Shown here: positions 9,283-20,217 of the stretch, in pieces
Layout: every line of letters begins with the position of its first letter
How positions within the stretch are numbered: the stretch's first letter is position 1
NCBI GenBank assembly: GCA_041640655.1
Contig: JBEPZV010000001.1
Location: 128,001-192,000, forward strand
Length of the DNA stretch: 64,000 nt
Source of the DNA: a bacterium
GTDB lineage: Bacteria > Acidobacteriota > Blastocatellia > HR10
Reading direction: 5' to 3'
Notes under the pieces: generated by a model
Told to the model about the DNA's origin: nothing
What the model saw: only the letters and a program-made list of their open reading frames with translations
Databases searched by the model: none
Translations under genes and position numbers: made by a program

Positions 9283-10989
9283 ATGAGCGCCCTCTACGAA
9301 GACGTCTTCGAATGGCCGCGCCTGACATACGGGGAGGCCCTGGAGCGCCTCGCCGCACGGTTCCCCGACCGAGAGACCTTCGTCTTCCATCACATCGGCG
9401 CCGAGCGCGAGACGGCGGCGCCGCAGAGGGCGCGGCGACAGGCGTATACGGCGGCCGAGCTCTTGGCCGAGGCGAACCGATTGGCGCAAGGCCTGCTCGC
9501 TCTGGGCATCGCTCCGGGTGAGCGCATCGCGCTCTGGATGACCAATCTGCCGGAGGCCGCCATCGCGGAATTCGCCATCACGAAGATCGGCGCCGTGATG
9601 GTCCCCATCAATATTCGCTTCAAGACGAGCGAGCTCGAGTACGTGCTCCGACAGTCCGAAGCGAAGATGCTCATCATGATGGATCGCTTCGGGGAGACCG
9701 ATCTGGAGGCGATGGTGCGCCAGGTGTGCCCGGAGCTGACCCGATGCGCTCCAGGACAGCTTCGCTCCTCACGCTGCCCTCATCTTCAGGGCGTCATCAC
9801 GCTCGGGCCTCGGTCCCCCGGCCTGCTCGCTTATCAGGACGTGCTCGCCTTGGGGCACGCGGGCCTCGATCGCGCCCGGCGTGAGCGAGAGGCGAGCGTC
9901 ACCCCAGATGGCATCGCGCTCATTCAATACACGTCCGGCAGCACGGCCTTCCCCAAAGGGGTCATGCTCTCGCACGATCAGACCTTGCGCAACGCCTTCA
10001 TCATGTCCGGACGCGCGGGCTTGGACGCCGACGATCGCGTGCTCTCGGCCATGCCCATGTTCCACATCGGAGGCTCCGTTTGCGCCCTCCTGGGCGCCGT
10101 CACGCGCGGCTACGTCCTGCACATGATGACCAAGTTCGATGCCGGAGAGACCCTGCGCCTCATCGAGGAGGAGCGAATCACCGCCTATATCGGCATCGAG
10201 ACGATGTTCCTCATGCTCCGCGATCACCCCGACTGCTCACGACGCGATCGGTCGAGCCTGAGGAAAGGATGGGCGGCCGGCTCGCCCACCCTTCTGCGTC
10301 TGATCGCGGAGGAGATCGGCATCCCCTTCATCTGCTCCGTCTACGGTCTCTCCGAGTGCAGCCCCAACGTCTGCATCACCGATTGGCGGGACTCACTCGA
10401 GAAGCGCGTGGGGACGAACGGTCGCCCGCATCCGGGCGTCGAGGTGGAGATCCGAGATCCGATGACGGGCGAGCCATGTCCGCCGGGACAGCCCGGCGAG
10501 ATCTGCGTGCGCGGCTACGTCGTGATGAAGGGATACTATAACATGCCCGAGGAGACGGCGCGCACCATTGACCCCGACGGATGGCTGCATACGGGCGATC
10601 GCGGCCTCCTGACCGAGGACGGATACCTGGTGTTCCTGGGACGATGCAAGGACGTGCTCCGGGTCGGGGGAGAGAATGTCTCCGCCCTCGAAGTCGAGAA
10701 TTTCTTGCTCACTCACCCTCTGGTGGTGGCCGCGGCCGTCGTCAGCGTGCCCGACCCCCGGTGGGGAGAGGTCCCGGCCGCCTTCCTGAAGCTCAAGGAG
10801 GGAGAGTCGGTGACAGAAGATGAGGTCATCGCCTACTGTCGGGAGCATCTGGCCCCGTTCAAGGTCCCGCGATACGTCCGCTTCGTTCGGGAGTTCCCCA
10901 TGACCGGGAGCGGAAAGATCCAAAAATTCCTGCTGCAGGAGCACCTCCTCGCCGAGTTGGAGCCGAAGGCCTGCTCCCGTGATCCCTGA
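9283..10989 (+). CDS. Acyl-CoA synthetase (FadD-like AMP-binding protein)
   Basis: YTSGSTAFPKG, YGLSE, GWLHTGD, GRCKD..GGENV, KVPRYV, GSGKIQK. Confidence 0.93.
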   Translation: MSALYEDVFEWPRLTYGEALERLAARFPDRETFVFHHIGAERETAAPQRARRQAYTAAELLAEANRLAQGLLALGIAPGERIALWMTNLPEAAIAEFAITKIGAVMVPINIRFKTSELEYVLRQSEAKMLIMMDRFGETDLEAMVRQVCPELTRCAPGQLRSSRCPHLQGVITLGPRSPGLLAYQDVLALGHAGLDRARREREASVTPDGIALIQYTSGSTAFPKGVMLSHDQTLRNAFIMSGRAGLDADDRVLSAMPMFHIGGSVCALLGAVTRGYVLHMMTKFDAGETLRLIEEERITAYIGIETMFLMLRDHPDCSRRDRSSLRKGWAAGSPTLLRLIAEEIGIPFICSVYGLSECSPNVCITDWRDSLEKRVGTNGRPHPGVEVEIRDPMTGEPCPPGQPGEICVRGYVVMKGYYNMPEETARTIDPDGWLHTGDRGLLTEDGYLVFLGRCKDVLRVGGENVSALEVENFLLTHPLVVAAAVVSVPDPRWGEVPAAFLKLKEGESVTEDEVIAYCREHLAPFKVPRYVRFVREFPMTGSGKIQKFLLQEHLLAELEPKACSRDP

Positions 10990-11116
10990 GGTGGTGTCCG
11001 CCGAAGAATCGCCGCATCGCATCGGAGATCGCGAAGCGCGAGGGAGATGCCCTTGAACTTTGATGAGCGGCGCCCTCGCTGAGGACGCCCCAATCCTTCC
11101 CTGGGAGGTGAGCCTT

Positions 11117-14100
11117 ATGGATCGAGAGCGAAGAAACGGAGCTGCGCTTTGGGTCATCGTGCTCTCTCTCTGTCTCAGCTCCTGGAGCGCACGGCCTCTC
11201 TTCGCTCAAGGGGCCGTGACGACGGCGACCATCGCCGGAGATGTCACCGATAAGACAGGTGCGGTGATCCCCGGCGCCCGCGTCGCCATCAGGAACCAGG
11301 AGACGGGTTTGACCCGCGAGACCACGACGGGAGAGCAAGGGCAGTTCGTCCTCTCCCAGCTTCCGGCCGGACGGTACGATCTGAACGTCGAAGCTCCCGG
11401 GTTCAAGAAGGCGATCCTGCGCGATGTGGTGCTCACAGTCGGCGCGACCGAAACGGTGCGCATCACACTCGAAGTCGGTGAGCTCACCGAGAGCATTGAC
11501 GTGAGTACAGAAGTCGTCCCCGTCGTGGAGACGACCAAGGTCGAGGTCAGCACGGTCATCCTCCCCGTGCAAGTGCGCGAGCTGCCCTTGAATCAGCGGA
11601 GCTTCACCGCCTTGGTCACGCAGCAACCGGGGCTGGTGCGGATGACGAATGCGACGCCGCCAACTGTGCTGGGAGCGGCGACCAACACCGGTTCCTATAT
11701 CAGCGCCGGGGGGTTGATGGGGTCTTCCGTGGCCTACCTCATTGACGGCGTGAATTTCAGCAACGGGAATTTCACCGCTCCGGGAACGGCGGCCGCGGGC
11801 GATATGCCTGGCGTCGAGGCCATTCAGGAGTTCAAGGTGATCACCCATTCGTTCAGTGCCGCTTACGGCGGCGCCTCCGGAGCTGTCGTCAGCTTCGCCA
11901 CGCGCAGCGGGACCAACGAGCTGCACGGGAGCGCCTACGAGTTCGTGCGCAACGATGTCTTCGATACCCGCTCCTTCTTCGACCGCGAGAAGCCGCCCTT
12001 CCGCCGCAATCAGTTCGGCGCGGCCCTGGGCGGCCCCATCCGTCGAGATCGCGCGTTCTTCTTCACGAATTACGAGGGCTTGCGGCAGCGGCTCACGACC
12101 ACGGAGATCTCCTTCGTCCCGAGCGAGTGCGCGCGCAACGGCGGGCTCGGGGGGACATGCGACTTCCCCGTGATCGGTCCCGGAGGGCGACCGGTCGCCA
12201 TCTCCCCCGCCGTGAAGGCGATCCTCCAGTTGTATCCGAAACCGAACGGCGCCGATCTCGGCGGGGGGATCGCCGAATATATCTTCCAGAACCGCCAGCC
12301 GACGCGCCAGGATTTCGGGCTCGTTCACCTCACGTCCACGCTCTCGCCGAAGGATCAATTCGCCGGCCGCTGGTCGCTCACGGATGCCGATGCCCTCGCC
12401 GCCTTCCACTTCCCGACCTTCGAATTCGTGCGTACCGATCGCGTGCAAAACTATCTGCTCCGCTGGTCGCGCGTCTTCACGCCCAATCTCGTGAACACGG
12501 CGAGCTTCAGCTATCTGCGCTCCCGCGTCTTCGCGGCCACCGAGCCCACCGTCCCTCTGCGCCCGGAGCAGTTCACGGGGAATCCGGCGCGCCAGACGAT
12601 CGGTGTGATCTCCGTCGGCGGCGGCACGGCGGGTACTGTCAGCGGCACCCTGACGCTCTTGGGGAATGATGATGCCAGCCCCTTCCGCCTCGCGCGCAAT
12701 AGTTTCATCTTCAACGACGATCTCGTCTACACGCGCGGCCCCCACACGCTCAAGCTCGGAGGCATGGTGAACCGGTTCCAGTGGAATTGGAATTCGGCCG
12801 TCATCCCGGGCGGCAGCTATACCTTCCTCACTCTGAACGACCTGCTCGCCGCCAATCCCGCCGTCCTGATCATTCGCCGGGATGGGGCGGATGCGAGCTT
12901 CGGCGTTCGCACCACGCTCTTCGCCTGGTACGTAGAGGACGCCTGGCGGCTCTCACCTCGGGTGACGCTCACACTCGGGTTGCGACACGAATTCCAGGTC
13001 CCGATCCTCAAAGATATCCACAACAAGTTGGGGAATTGGCGACGACCGGAGGATACGCGGGTCACCATTGGACAGCCCTACGACAACTACTCCCTCACGC
13101 AATTCCAGCCGCGCGTGGGCATCGCCTACGACCCCTTCGGCAACGGGAAGACGGTCATCCGCGCGGGGTTCGGCCTCTTCAACGAATTCCTCGGATTCGA
13201 GGGCACAGCTCAAGGGATTCTGCAATGGAATGCACCTGAGCCCGTGCTCAATACGTTCTTCGGAGAGCCACTGGCCCCCGGGTTCTTACCGCGGATCCCG
13301 TTCCCACAGTGCGCGACCTGCACGCAGCCGACGCCCTACGTGGGGCTGGTCACCGGGCTGCTGGATCCGGTGAACTCGCCGACTTCCGTACAGTGGCATC
13401 TGGAGGTGGCCCGGGAGCTTCCGGCGAAGCTGAGCCTGACGCTCACCTACGCCGGGTCTCAATCCTATCACATTCCGCGCAAGATCGAGGCCAACCACAA
13501 TCTCCCCTGCCGCTTCGAGAACGGGCGGCCGATCTTCACCGGAGGATGCGGGACGGCGGCGCCAGCCGTGAGTCAGATCGCCTTCTCCCTCTACGCTCGC
13601 CGCTTCGACGCCACGGCGAATTACCACTCGATGAGCCTTCAGGTGGCACGCCGCCTCGCCGCCGGACTCACCTTCCAAAGCTCGTACGCCTTCTCCAGAG
13701 CCCTCTCGGAATCCGATGCCTTCAATTCCAATAACATCATTCGCGGAGTCGCTCAGGCGAGCCAATATCCGCCGGATCGCCGTCTGGATCGTTCGGAGTC
13801 GCTCTTCAGCATTCGCCATCGCGCGACCGTGAACGCCGTGTATGAGCTCCCCGTGGGGCGTGGCCGACGATTCCTCGGCGATGCGCGCGGTCTCACGCAA
13901 GCGCTCTTCGGGGGATGGAAGATCACGGCTCTCGGCGAGTTCCGCAGCGGATACCCCTTCTCCGTCCTCGCCGGATTCGGCATCACGGGCGTGGGGGATA
14001 ACATAGACTTCCCCGACCGACCGAATCTCCTGCGGGCCAATCCCGTCATCGGACGCGTGGATCGCTACTTCGATCCCAAAGCGTTCGCCTTGCAAGAGCC

Positions 14101-14452
14101 CGGTCGCCTGGGGAACGCCCCGCGCACGTCCGTGCGAGGTCCCGGCTTCTCGAATCTCGACGTCGGCGTGTCGAAGGAGTTCCCCATTCGGGAGACCGCG
14201 CGGTTGCAATTTCGCGTCGAAGCCTTCAACATCCTGAACCATCCGAACTTCGCCCTTCCGTTCAACCAGCTCTACATCGGCTTCGTGCCCCAATTCCGGC
14301 GCGTCCCGACGCCGGCGGAGTTGGACGCGCTCCCCTGCCGATTGACGGCCGAGCAGGCGCAAATTCACTCCTGCAACCCACAGGCGGGTCGGATCACCAG
14401 CACCGTCGGCACGCCGCGTCAGATCCAGTTCGCCTTGAAGTTGACATGGTAG
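11117..14452 (+). CDS. TonB-dependent receptor (Oar-like, N-terminal carboxypeptidase-regulatory domain)
   Basis: Signal peptide, G.VTDKTGAVIPGA, RSGTNELHGSAYEFVRND, RNQFG, FRVEAFNILNHPNF, PRQIQFALKLTW. Confidence 0.92.
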   Translation: MDRERRNGAALWVIVLSLCLSSWSARPLFAQGAVTTATIAGDVTDKTGAVIPGARVAIRNQETGLTRETTTGEQGQFVLSQLPAGRYDLNVEAPGFKKAILRDVVLTVGATETVRITLEVGELTESIDVSTEVVPVVETTKVEVSTVILPVQVRELPLNQRSFTALVTQQPGLVRMTNATPPTVLGAATNTGSYISAGGLMGSSVAYLIDGVNFSNGNFTAPGTAAAGDMPGVEAIQEFKVITHSFSAAYGGASGAVVSFATRSGTNELHGSAYEFVRNDVFDTRSFFDREKPPFRRNQFGAALGGPIRRDRAFFFTNYEGLRQRLTTTEISFVPSECARNGGLGGTCDFPVIGPGGRPVAISPAVKAILQLYPKPNGADLGGGIAEYIFQNRQPTRQDFGLVHLTSTLSPKDQFAGRWSLTDADALAAFHFPTFEFVRTDRVQNYLLRWSRVFTPNLVNTASFSYLRSRVFAATEPTVPLRPEQFTGNPARQTIGVISVGGGTAGTVSGTLTLLGNDDASPFRLARNSFIFNDDLVYTRGPHTLKLGGMVNRFQWNWNSAVIPGGSYTFLTLNDLLAANPAVLIIRRDGADASFGVRTTLFAWYVEDAWRLSPRVTLTLGLRHEFQVPILKDIHNKLGNWRRPEDTRVTIGQPYDNYSLTQFQPRVGIAYDPFGNGKTVIRAGFGLFNEFLGFEGTAQGILQWNAPEPVLNTFFGEPLAPGFLPRIPFPQCATCTQPTPYVGLVTGLLDPVNSPTSVQWHLEVARELPAKLSLTLTYAGSQSYHIPRKIEANHNLPCRFENGRPIFTGGCGTAAPAVSQIAFSLYARRFDATANYHSMSLQVARRLAAGLTFQSSYAFSRALSESDAFNSNNIIRGVAQASQYPPDRRLDRSESLFSIRHRATVNAVYELPVGRGRRFLGDARGLTQALFGGWKITALGEFRSGYPFSVLAGFGITGVGDNIDFPDRPNLLRANPVIGRVDRYFDPKAFALQEPGRLGNAPRTSVRGPGFSNLDVGVSKEFPIRETARLQFRVEAFNILNHPNFALPFNQLYIGFVPQFRRVPTPAELDALPCRLTAEQAQIHSCNPQAGRITSTVGTPRQIQFALKLTW

Positions 14453-14513
14453 AGAAGGCGGTGCGGAGATCGCACCGATGATGGCCTGAGAGCTCGCGCT
14501 CGGAGAGCGAGAG

Positions 14514-15557
14514 ATGAAATTCGGCATGCTCGTCAACACGCAGGATCCGCCCGATGGGGCGCGCATCGCGACGCTCTATGAGGAGATCCTCGAGGAGGCC
14601 GAGCTGGCTGAGGCCGTCGGGTTCGATGCCGTCTTCGTGCCCGAGCATCACATGATGCCCGACGGATACTTGAGCGCTCCGCTGGTCCTTCTGGCCGCGA
14701 TCGCCGCGCACACGACGCGCGTGCGCGTGGGAACGTCCATCCTGCAGCTCCCCGAATGGCACCCCATCCACGTCGCGGAGGAGGTCGCCGTCCTCGACAA
14801 TATCTCAAAGGGACGCGTCATCCTGGGCGTCGGATTGAATCTCGTCGACGCGGAATTCCAGCTCTTCGGAGTCGCGCGACAGGGGGTCACGCGACGCTTC
14901 GTCGAGCAGATCGAGATCCTCCGGCGCGCCTGGAGCGGAGAGACCTTCTCCTTCGAGGGCGAATTCTTCACGCTGCGAGATGTTCGGGTCACGCCGCGCG
15001 TCGTGCAGCGACCGCATCCGCCGATCTGGATCGGCGCCATGAGCGAACCGGCCCTGCGTCGCGCCGGACGCCTCGGCACGGGATGGATCTCCGACCCTCT
15101 GCACGTCATCCACGTCATGAAGGCGTGGGCCGACATCTACCGTCAATCGGCGATCGAACATGGCCACGCGGATCGCATCGAGGTCGTCCTCATCCGCGAT
15201 GGATGGGTCTCAGACGACCCCCGGGAAGTCCGCGAGCTGTGGTGGCCTACCGTGCGCGACTACCACCTCTTCTACAAACGCCTGGGCTTCTTCGAGTCCG
15301 GTCGTTTCAACGCCCAGTGGGAACCCTGGGTGCGCACGGCCCGCGACGAGGACTGGACCTATGAGCGCGTGGCCCCGGACCGCGTGATCGCCGGGACGCC
15401 GGACGACGTCATCGCCGAGATCGAACGCTATCGCCGCGAGGTCGGATGCGAATACATCGTCTTCTACTTCCGCCATCCGACCGGCCCCGATCACCGGGCG
15501 ACGATGCGCTGTCTCGAGGTGTTCGGCAAGGAGGTCATCCCGCACTTCCGCCGCTGA
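14514..15557 (+). CDS. LLM-class flavin-dependent oxidoreductase
   Basis: AEAVGFDAVFVPEHH, HPIHVAEEVAVLDNISKGR, PHPPIWIG. Confidence 0.88.
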   Translation: MKFGMLVNTQDPPDGARIATLYEEILEEAELAEAVGFDAVFVPEHHMMPDGYLSAPLVLLAAIAAHTTRVRVGTSILQLPEWHPIHVAEEVAVLDNISKGRVILGVGLNLVDAEFQLFGVARQGVTRRFVEQIEILRRAWSGETFSFEGEFFTLRDVRVTPRVVQRPHPPIWIGAMSEPALRRAGRLGTGWISDPLHVIHVMKAWADIYRQSAIEHGHADRIEVVLIRDGWVSDDPREVRELWWPTVRDYHLFYKRLGFFESGRFNAQWEPWVRTARDEDWTYERVAPDRVIAGTPDDVIAEIERYRREVGCEYIVFYFRHPTGPDHRATMRCLEVFGKEVIPHFRR

Positions 15558-15588
15558 AGCGCTCGCGGCTGGTCGAGGAGGGGGGATC

Positions 15589-16626
15589 ATGAGACTCCAT
15601 TATCTCTTGGACACGCACGCCGGACCATATGACCGTCCGATCCCGACGCGCGAGGAGGTGAGCGCGTTCATCGATCAGCTCTACCGCGAGATCGAACTGG
15701 CCGAAGCGGGCGGGTTCGATGCGATCGTCGTGCCCGAGCGTCACGGTCGCACCGAATGCTTCTTCCCCTCGTCGCTGGTGCTGCTGTCGGTCATCGCCGC
15801 GCGAACGAGCCGCCTTCGCCTGGGCAGTTACATCCTCGTGCTCCCCCTGCATCATCCGATCCACGTGGCCGAACAGGTGGCCATGATCGATCAGGTCTCG
15901 CGCGGACGCGTCATCTTCGGCGTCGCCGCCGGATACCATTCCGGATACAGCCGAATGTTCGGCATCCCTCATCACGAACGCGGCGCCCGATTCGAGGAGC
16001 AGGTCGAGATCATCAAACTCGCGTGGACCGAAGAGCGGTTCTCTTACCACGGCCGATACTATCACTTCACCGACGTCATGGTCACCCCCAAGCCCTATCA
16101 AACACCGATGCCCGAGTGGTGGGTCGGAGGGATGTTCCCCAAGACGATCGCCCGGGCCGGGCGCATCGGCGACGCCTGGTGTAGCGATCCGTTCCCCCTC
16201 GATCGCCAGGTCTGGCTCGAGCAGGTCCGCCTCTATCGCGAGGCGGCGCGCGCGGCCGGACGTCCGTCGAAGGTCATCCTCATGCGCGACGGATGGGTGG
16301 CGCCCACGCGCCAGGAGGCCGAGGAGGTGTTCGGACGGCTCGCCGTCGAAGAGTGGCTCTTTTACTTCCGATGGGGCATCCTCACGCACCATCCGGAGTT
16401 CCAGTCCGAATCCGATTTCACCCTCGAACGCGCCAGCCGTCACTTCGTCCTCGGGACTCCGGAGGACTGCATCCGACAAATCGAGATGTACGCGCGCGAG
16501 TACGATGTGGATGAGATCGTCATGCGCTTCCGCCTGCCCAAGGGGCCGCGATGGGATCAGGTCCTGCACTGCCTCGCCCTCTTCGGACGCGAGGTCGTGC
16601 CGTATTTCCATGGGAAGGCCTCATGA
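15589..16626 (+). CDS. LLM-class flavin-dependent oxidoreductase (tandem paralog)
   Basis: GFDAIVVPERH, HPIHVAEQVAMIDQVSRGR, GTPEDCI. Confidence 0.88.
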   Translation: MRLHYLLDTHAGPYDRPIPTREEVSAFIDQLYREIELAEAGGFDAIVVPERHGRTECFFPSSLVLLSVIAARTSRLRLGSYILVLPLHHPIHVAEQVAMIDQVSRGRVIFGVAAGYHSGYSRMFGIPHHERGARFEEQVEIIKLAWTEERFSYHGRYYHFTDVMVTPKPYQTPMPEWWVGGMFPKTIARAGRIGDAWCSDPFPLDRQVWLEQVRLYREAARAAGRPSKVILMRDGWVAPTRQEAEEVFGRLAVEEWLFYFRWGILTHHPEFQSESDFTLERASRHFVLGTPEDCIRQIEMYAREYDVDEIVMRFRLPKGPRWDQVLHCLALFGREVVPYFHGKAS

Positions 16627-17144
16627 CGAAGATCCTCGAACGCAACGTCAACGTGAAGATCTTCGACGATCGCGGGCCATCCCTGCGCGTGCAGGGATCG
16701 CTGCTTGATGTCGAGCACAGCTTTCACCTGGAGTTGATCGTGGAGGTCCAGACCGGACGTATCCTCTCCGCGCGCGCGGAGATGATCAAGCGCCCGTATC
16801 CCACGCTGTGCCCGCCCGCGTTGCAAAACGTCGCCCGCCTGGAGGGAGAGGTCATCGGACGGGGAATCAATCGGCGGATCGCCGAGCTCCTCGGCGGCGC
16901 GAGCGGATGCGTCCATCTTGTGGAGGTCGCCCAATCCGCCGTTCGCTTCACGGCCACCTATCTCATCGATCGGCGCACGGGGATGAGCGAAGAGGGATTG
17001 AGCGGACTCTCCGAGCACGAACATCGCCAGCGCTGGCTGCCCTTGCTGAAGAATACCTGCCATGTCTTCCGCGTGGAGGAGACGGAGCGCGCGCCGGTCC
17101 CCGAACACTCGAGCGCCGAGGGGCCTCGACCTCCGCATGTGTGA
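16623..17144 (+). CDS. DUF2889-like protein
   Basis: DVEH, PYPTLCP, LGGASGCVHL, KNTCH; ATGA overlap with the upstream gene. Confidence 0.7.
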   Translation: MTKILERNVNVKIFDDRGPSLRVQGSLLDVEHSFHLELIVEVQTGRILSARAEMIKRPYPTLCPPALQNVARLEGEVIGRGINRRIAELLGGASGCVHLVEVAQSAVRFTATYLIDRRTGMSEEGLSGLSEHEHRQRWLPLLKNTCHVFRVEETERAPVPEHSSAEGPRPPHV

Positions 17145-17178
17145 TCCATTCCCCGGAAGGGAGAAAGGAGGGAGAGAG

Positions 17179-20130
17179 ATGCGTTCACCGATCCGTTCCA
17201 TTCGCCGCGCGAGCCTCGTGAGGAGGGAACACATGGTCCTTTGTGAACTGATGGGACTCGCGCTTTGGTGTGGCACCCTGGCCCTGGCGGCGCAGACGCC
17301 GGCCATGGCGAGTCTGAGTGGGAGCGTGACCGATCCGGCGGGGAATGTCGTCGCCAGCGCACAGGTGAGCGTTCGGAATTTGGATACGGGCATCCTGCAA
17401 CGGGTCGAGACCAGCGAGCGCGGCATCTATCAGTTCGTCTCGCTGCCGCCGGGACGATACGAGCTGAAGGTGGAGGCCGTCGGCTTCGCCACGAGCGTCA
17501 TCCCGGAGGTCCGATTGACGGTGGGACAGGCGGCGACGGTGGACGTCACCTTGAAGGTGGGGACCGTTCAAGAGACGATCGAGGTGACGGCGCCGACGCC
17601 TCTGGTCGAGCCCACGCGCACGAGCCTCGCCCAGGTGCTGGAGGAGCGACAGGTTCATGAGCTGCCCATCAACACGCGGAACTTCGTGCAACTGACGCTC
17701 ATCACGCCCAAGGTCGTTCCGGCCAGCGCGGCCAGCGGACGCGGCGCCTACATGGGCGATCGGTATAAGGAGAATCAGTTCAGCTTCAGCGGACTGCGCT
17801 ATCAATTCAATTACCAGACGGTGGACGGGGCATCCTCCTACGTGTGGACGGCCAACGTGGTGAAGTCGTTCTACTCGCTGGAGACGGTCAAAGAGTTCCG
17901 CGTGCTCAACAGCCTCTACACGGTCGAGCAGGGACACGCGATGGGGGGGATCATCACCGTGATCACGCGCTCGGGGACGAACGAATGGCATGGGACGCTC
18001 TACGAGTTCCTGCGCAACGATAAGCTCGATAAGACGGACATCCTGACGACGCCGGGCTTCAGCGCCTTCCGCCGGAATCAATTCGGAGCGGCCGTGGGGG
18101 GACCGCTGGCGCGGGATCGCGTCTTTGTCTTCGGCAACTACGAAGGGCAGCGACAGGCCAAGGCCCCGCGCTTCCCCGCCGTCTACCTGCAAAATCTCGA
18201 CGCCATCAATGCCGCTCTGGCGCGCTTGGGCTTCCCGCCGGAGACGCCCTATGTCCTGCAGACGGCCGATACAGATCAGTTCCTCCTCCGGTTCGACGCC
18301 CTGCTCAGTCCGGTCCACAACCTGATGGGGCGCTATAACTTCTACAACACCGAGAACGCGAACGATCGGATCGGAGCCTCGGGCGTGACCGGGGAGCCGA
18401 TCACCACGCTCGCCGCGCGACACCACCGGTTACGCGATCAGGGCGTGGTGCTCTCGCTCAACTCCACGCCGTCCTCTCGCTGGGTCAACGCCGCCGTCTT
18501 CGGCTTCGAGAAGCATCGCTATCGGCTCGATCCGAGACCCGGCGTGCCCTTGATCGAGCTGGCCGTCGTCGGCGCCTTCTCGACGGGCGTCGAAGCCGCC
18601 GATGAACAAGGGCTCAACGAGCGGCGATTCCACCTCTCGGACACGCTCACCTATCTGCGGGGACACCATCAGTTCAAATTCGGCATCGAATATTTGCGCA
18701 CCGACGTCTCCAATCACGTCACGCCGGGGAGCCTCGCGATCATCCCCGGATTATCCGCATTCTTGGCTCCGGAACCCATCGTGGCTCAGGTTCGCATCCA
18801 TCCGGAGCAGTACAAACTGCGCCTTCACATGAAGGCCAATCAGTTCGGATTCTTCCTTCAAGATCAATGGCAAGCGCGGCGGAACCTCACCTTCACTTAC
18901 GGCCTGCGCTACGACGTCGAGCGGATTCGCGGGATCATCGCGCTCTCCGAGGATGATGTGAACAACGTCCAACCGCGCGTGGGCTTCGCCTACGCGTTCG
19001 GCGCGCAACGCCCCACGGTCATCCGCGGCGGCTACGGGATCTTCATCTCGGATCGGTATCACCCATACCTCTTCATTGACGGCTTCGTCCATGGGACGAA
19101 CTTCCCGAGCTTCAATGACGCGTATCGGGCCGCCAACCCCTTCGTGCGAAAGTACAAGCCGCTGCCCGATACCGTCGCCCCGCTGATCATCACCGGAGCG
19201 GGTCCGGCGACGGCAGCGTTCAAGGATTATGTGCTGCGGGGGATCATCCCTTCAGGACCAGCCGCGCTCTTCGTCGTCATCTCGGCGCCGGATCTGCCCA
19301 ATCCGTATGCCCAGCAGTGGAGCCTGGAGGTCGAGCGACAATTGACTCCTTCTTGGGCCGTGACCCTCGGCTATTCGGGCCTGCGCTCGTTCAAGCTGCC
19401 GCTGCTCATCAATCACAACCTGAGGCCAGCCGTCGCCAAGCTCCCCAGCGGCAAGAACGATTATCAAGCCCAACTCTATGATCCGCGCTTTGGCGTGACC
19501 TACATCGGGCAACCGTTCGGCTCTTCGATCTATCATGCGGGGACGCTCACCGTGCGCCGGATGTTCGCGCGCCACATCGGACTCACAGCGAACTACGTCT
19601 TCTCGCGAGCGATTGACAACGGAGCGGGCAACAGCACCTTCATCGCGCCGGAGGACCCGTACAACACGCGGCTCGATCGAGCGCTCTCGGCCGAACACGC
19701 CAAGCATCGGTTCACCCTGAGCCTGATGGCCGACGCTCCCGCCTCCTGGCCCGGACTTCGAGGATTCGGCGTGCGGCTCCTGGCCATCGCCCAAAGCCCG
19801 CGATATTTCAACGTGACGGTCGGCTCCGATGTCAATCGCGATCTGAACGCCGTGACGGATCGCCCCGATGTGCTCGGTCGCAATACCTGGCGAGGAGATG
19901 ACTACGTCACCTTCGATCTGCGCATCCTGCGCCGGTTCCAGTTCCGAGAGCGCTACGGGCTGGAGGCCGTGGTCGAGTTCTACAATCTCTTCAATCGCGT
20001 GAATATCACCGATCTCTTCACCGTCTGGGGGCGTCCGACGCTGGCGCAACCCCCGATTGCCACCTTCAACACGCCACGCGCCGTCGGCGATGCCTTCAAG
20101 ACCCAACTCGCCTTGAAGTTCACCTTTTGA
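17179..20130 (+). CDS. TonB-dependent receptor (Oar-like)
   Basis: SGSVTDPAG, LPINTRNF, RSGTNEWHG, RRNQFG, QPRVGFAY, EFYNLFNRVN, terminal LKFTF. Confidence 0.92.
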   Translation: MRSPIRSIRRASLVRREHMVLCELMGLALWCGTLALAAQTPAMASLSGSVTDPAGNVVASAQVSVRNLDTGILQRVETSERGIYQFVSLPPGRYELKVEAVGFATSVIPEVRLTVGQAATVDVTLKVGTVQETIEVTAPTPLVEPTRTSLAQVLEERQVHELPINTRNFVQLTLITPKVVPASAASGRGAYMGDRYKENQFSFSGLRYQFNYQTVDGASSYVWTANVVKSFYSLETVKEFRVLNSLYTVEQGHAMGGIITVITRSGTNEWHGTLYEFLRNDKLDKTDILTTPGFSAFRRNQFGAAVGGPLARDRVFVFGNYEGQRQAKAPRFPAVYLQNLDAINAALARLGFPPETPYVLQTADTDQFLLRFDALLSPVHNLMGRYNFYNTENANDRIGASGVTGEPITTLAARHHRLRDQGVVLSLNSTPSSRWVNAAVFGFEKHRYRLDPRPGVPLIELAVVGAFSTGVEAADEQGLNERRFHLSDTLTYLRGHHQFKFGIEYLRTDVSNHVTPGSLAIIPGLSAFLAPEPIVAQVRIHPEQYKLRLHMKANQFGFFLQDQWQARRNLTFTYGLRYDVERIRGIIALSEDDVNNVQPRVGFAYAFGAQRPTVIRGGYGIFISDRYHPYLFIDGFVHGTNFPSFNDAYRAANPFVRKYKPLPDTVAPLIITGAGPATAAFKDYVLRGIIPSGPAALFVVISAPDLPNPYAQQWSLEVERQLTPSWAVTLGYSGLRSFKLPLLINHNLRPAVAKLPSGKNDYQAQLYDPRFGVTYIGQPFGSSIYHAGTLTVRRMFARHIGLTANYVFSRAIDNGAGNSTFIAPEDPYNTRLDRALSAEHAKHRFTLSLMADAPASWPGLRGFGVRLLAIAQSPRYFNVTVGSDVNRDLNAVTDRPDVLGRNTWRGDDYVTFDLRILRRFQFRERYGLEAVVEFYNLFNRVNITDLFTVWGRPTLAQPPIATFNTPRAVGDAFKTQLALKFTF

Positions 20131-20217
20131 GGACGTTCGAAAGCGAAGGGTCCACAAGAAGCCGCGCCCGCTCGCCCCTGAAGTGCGGGCGGTCGAGAAC
20201 GATTCGAGGAGGAGAAG

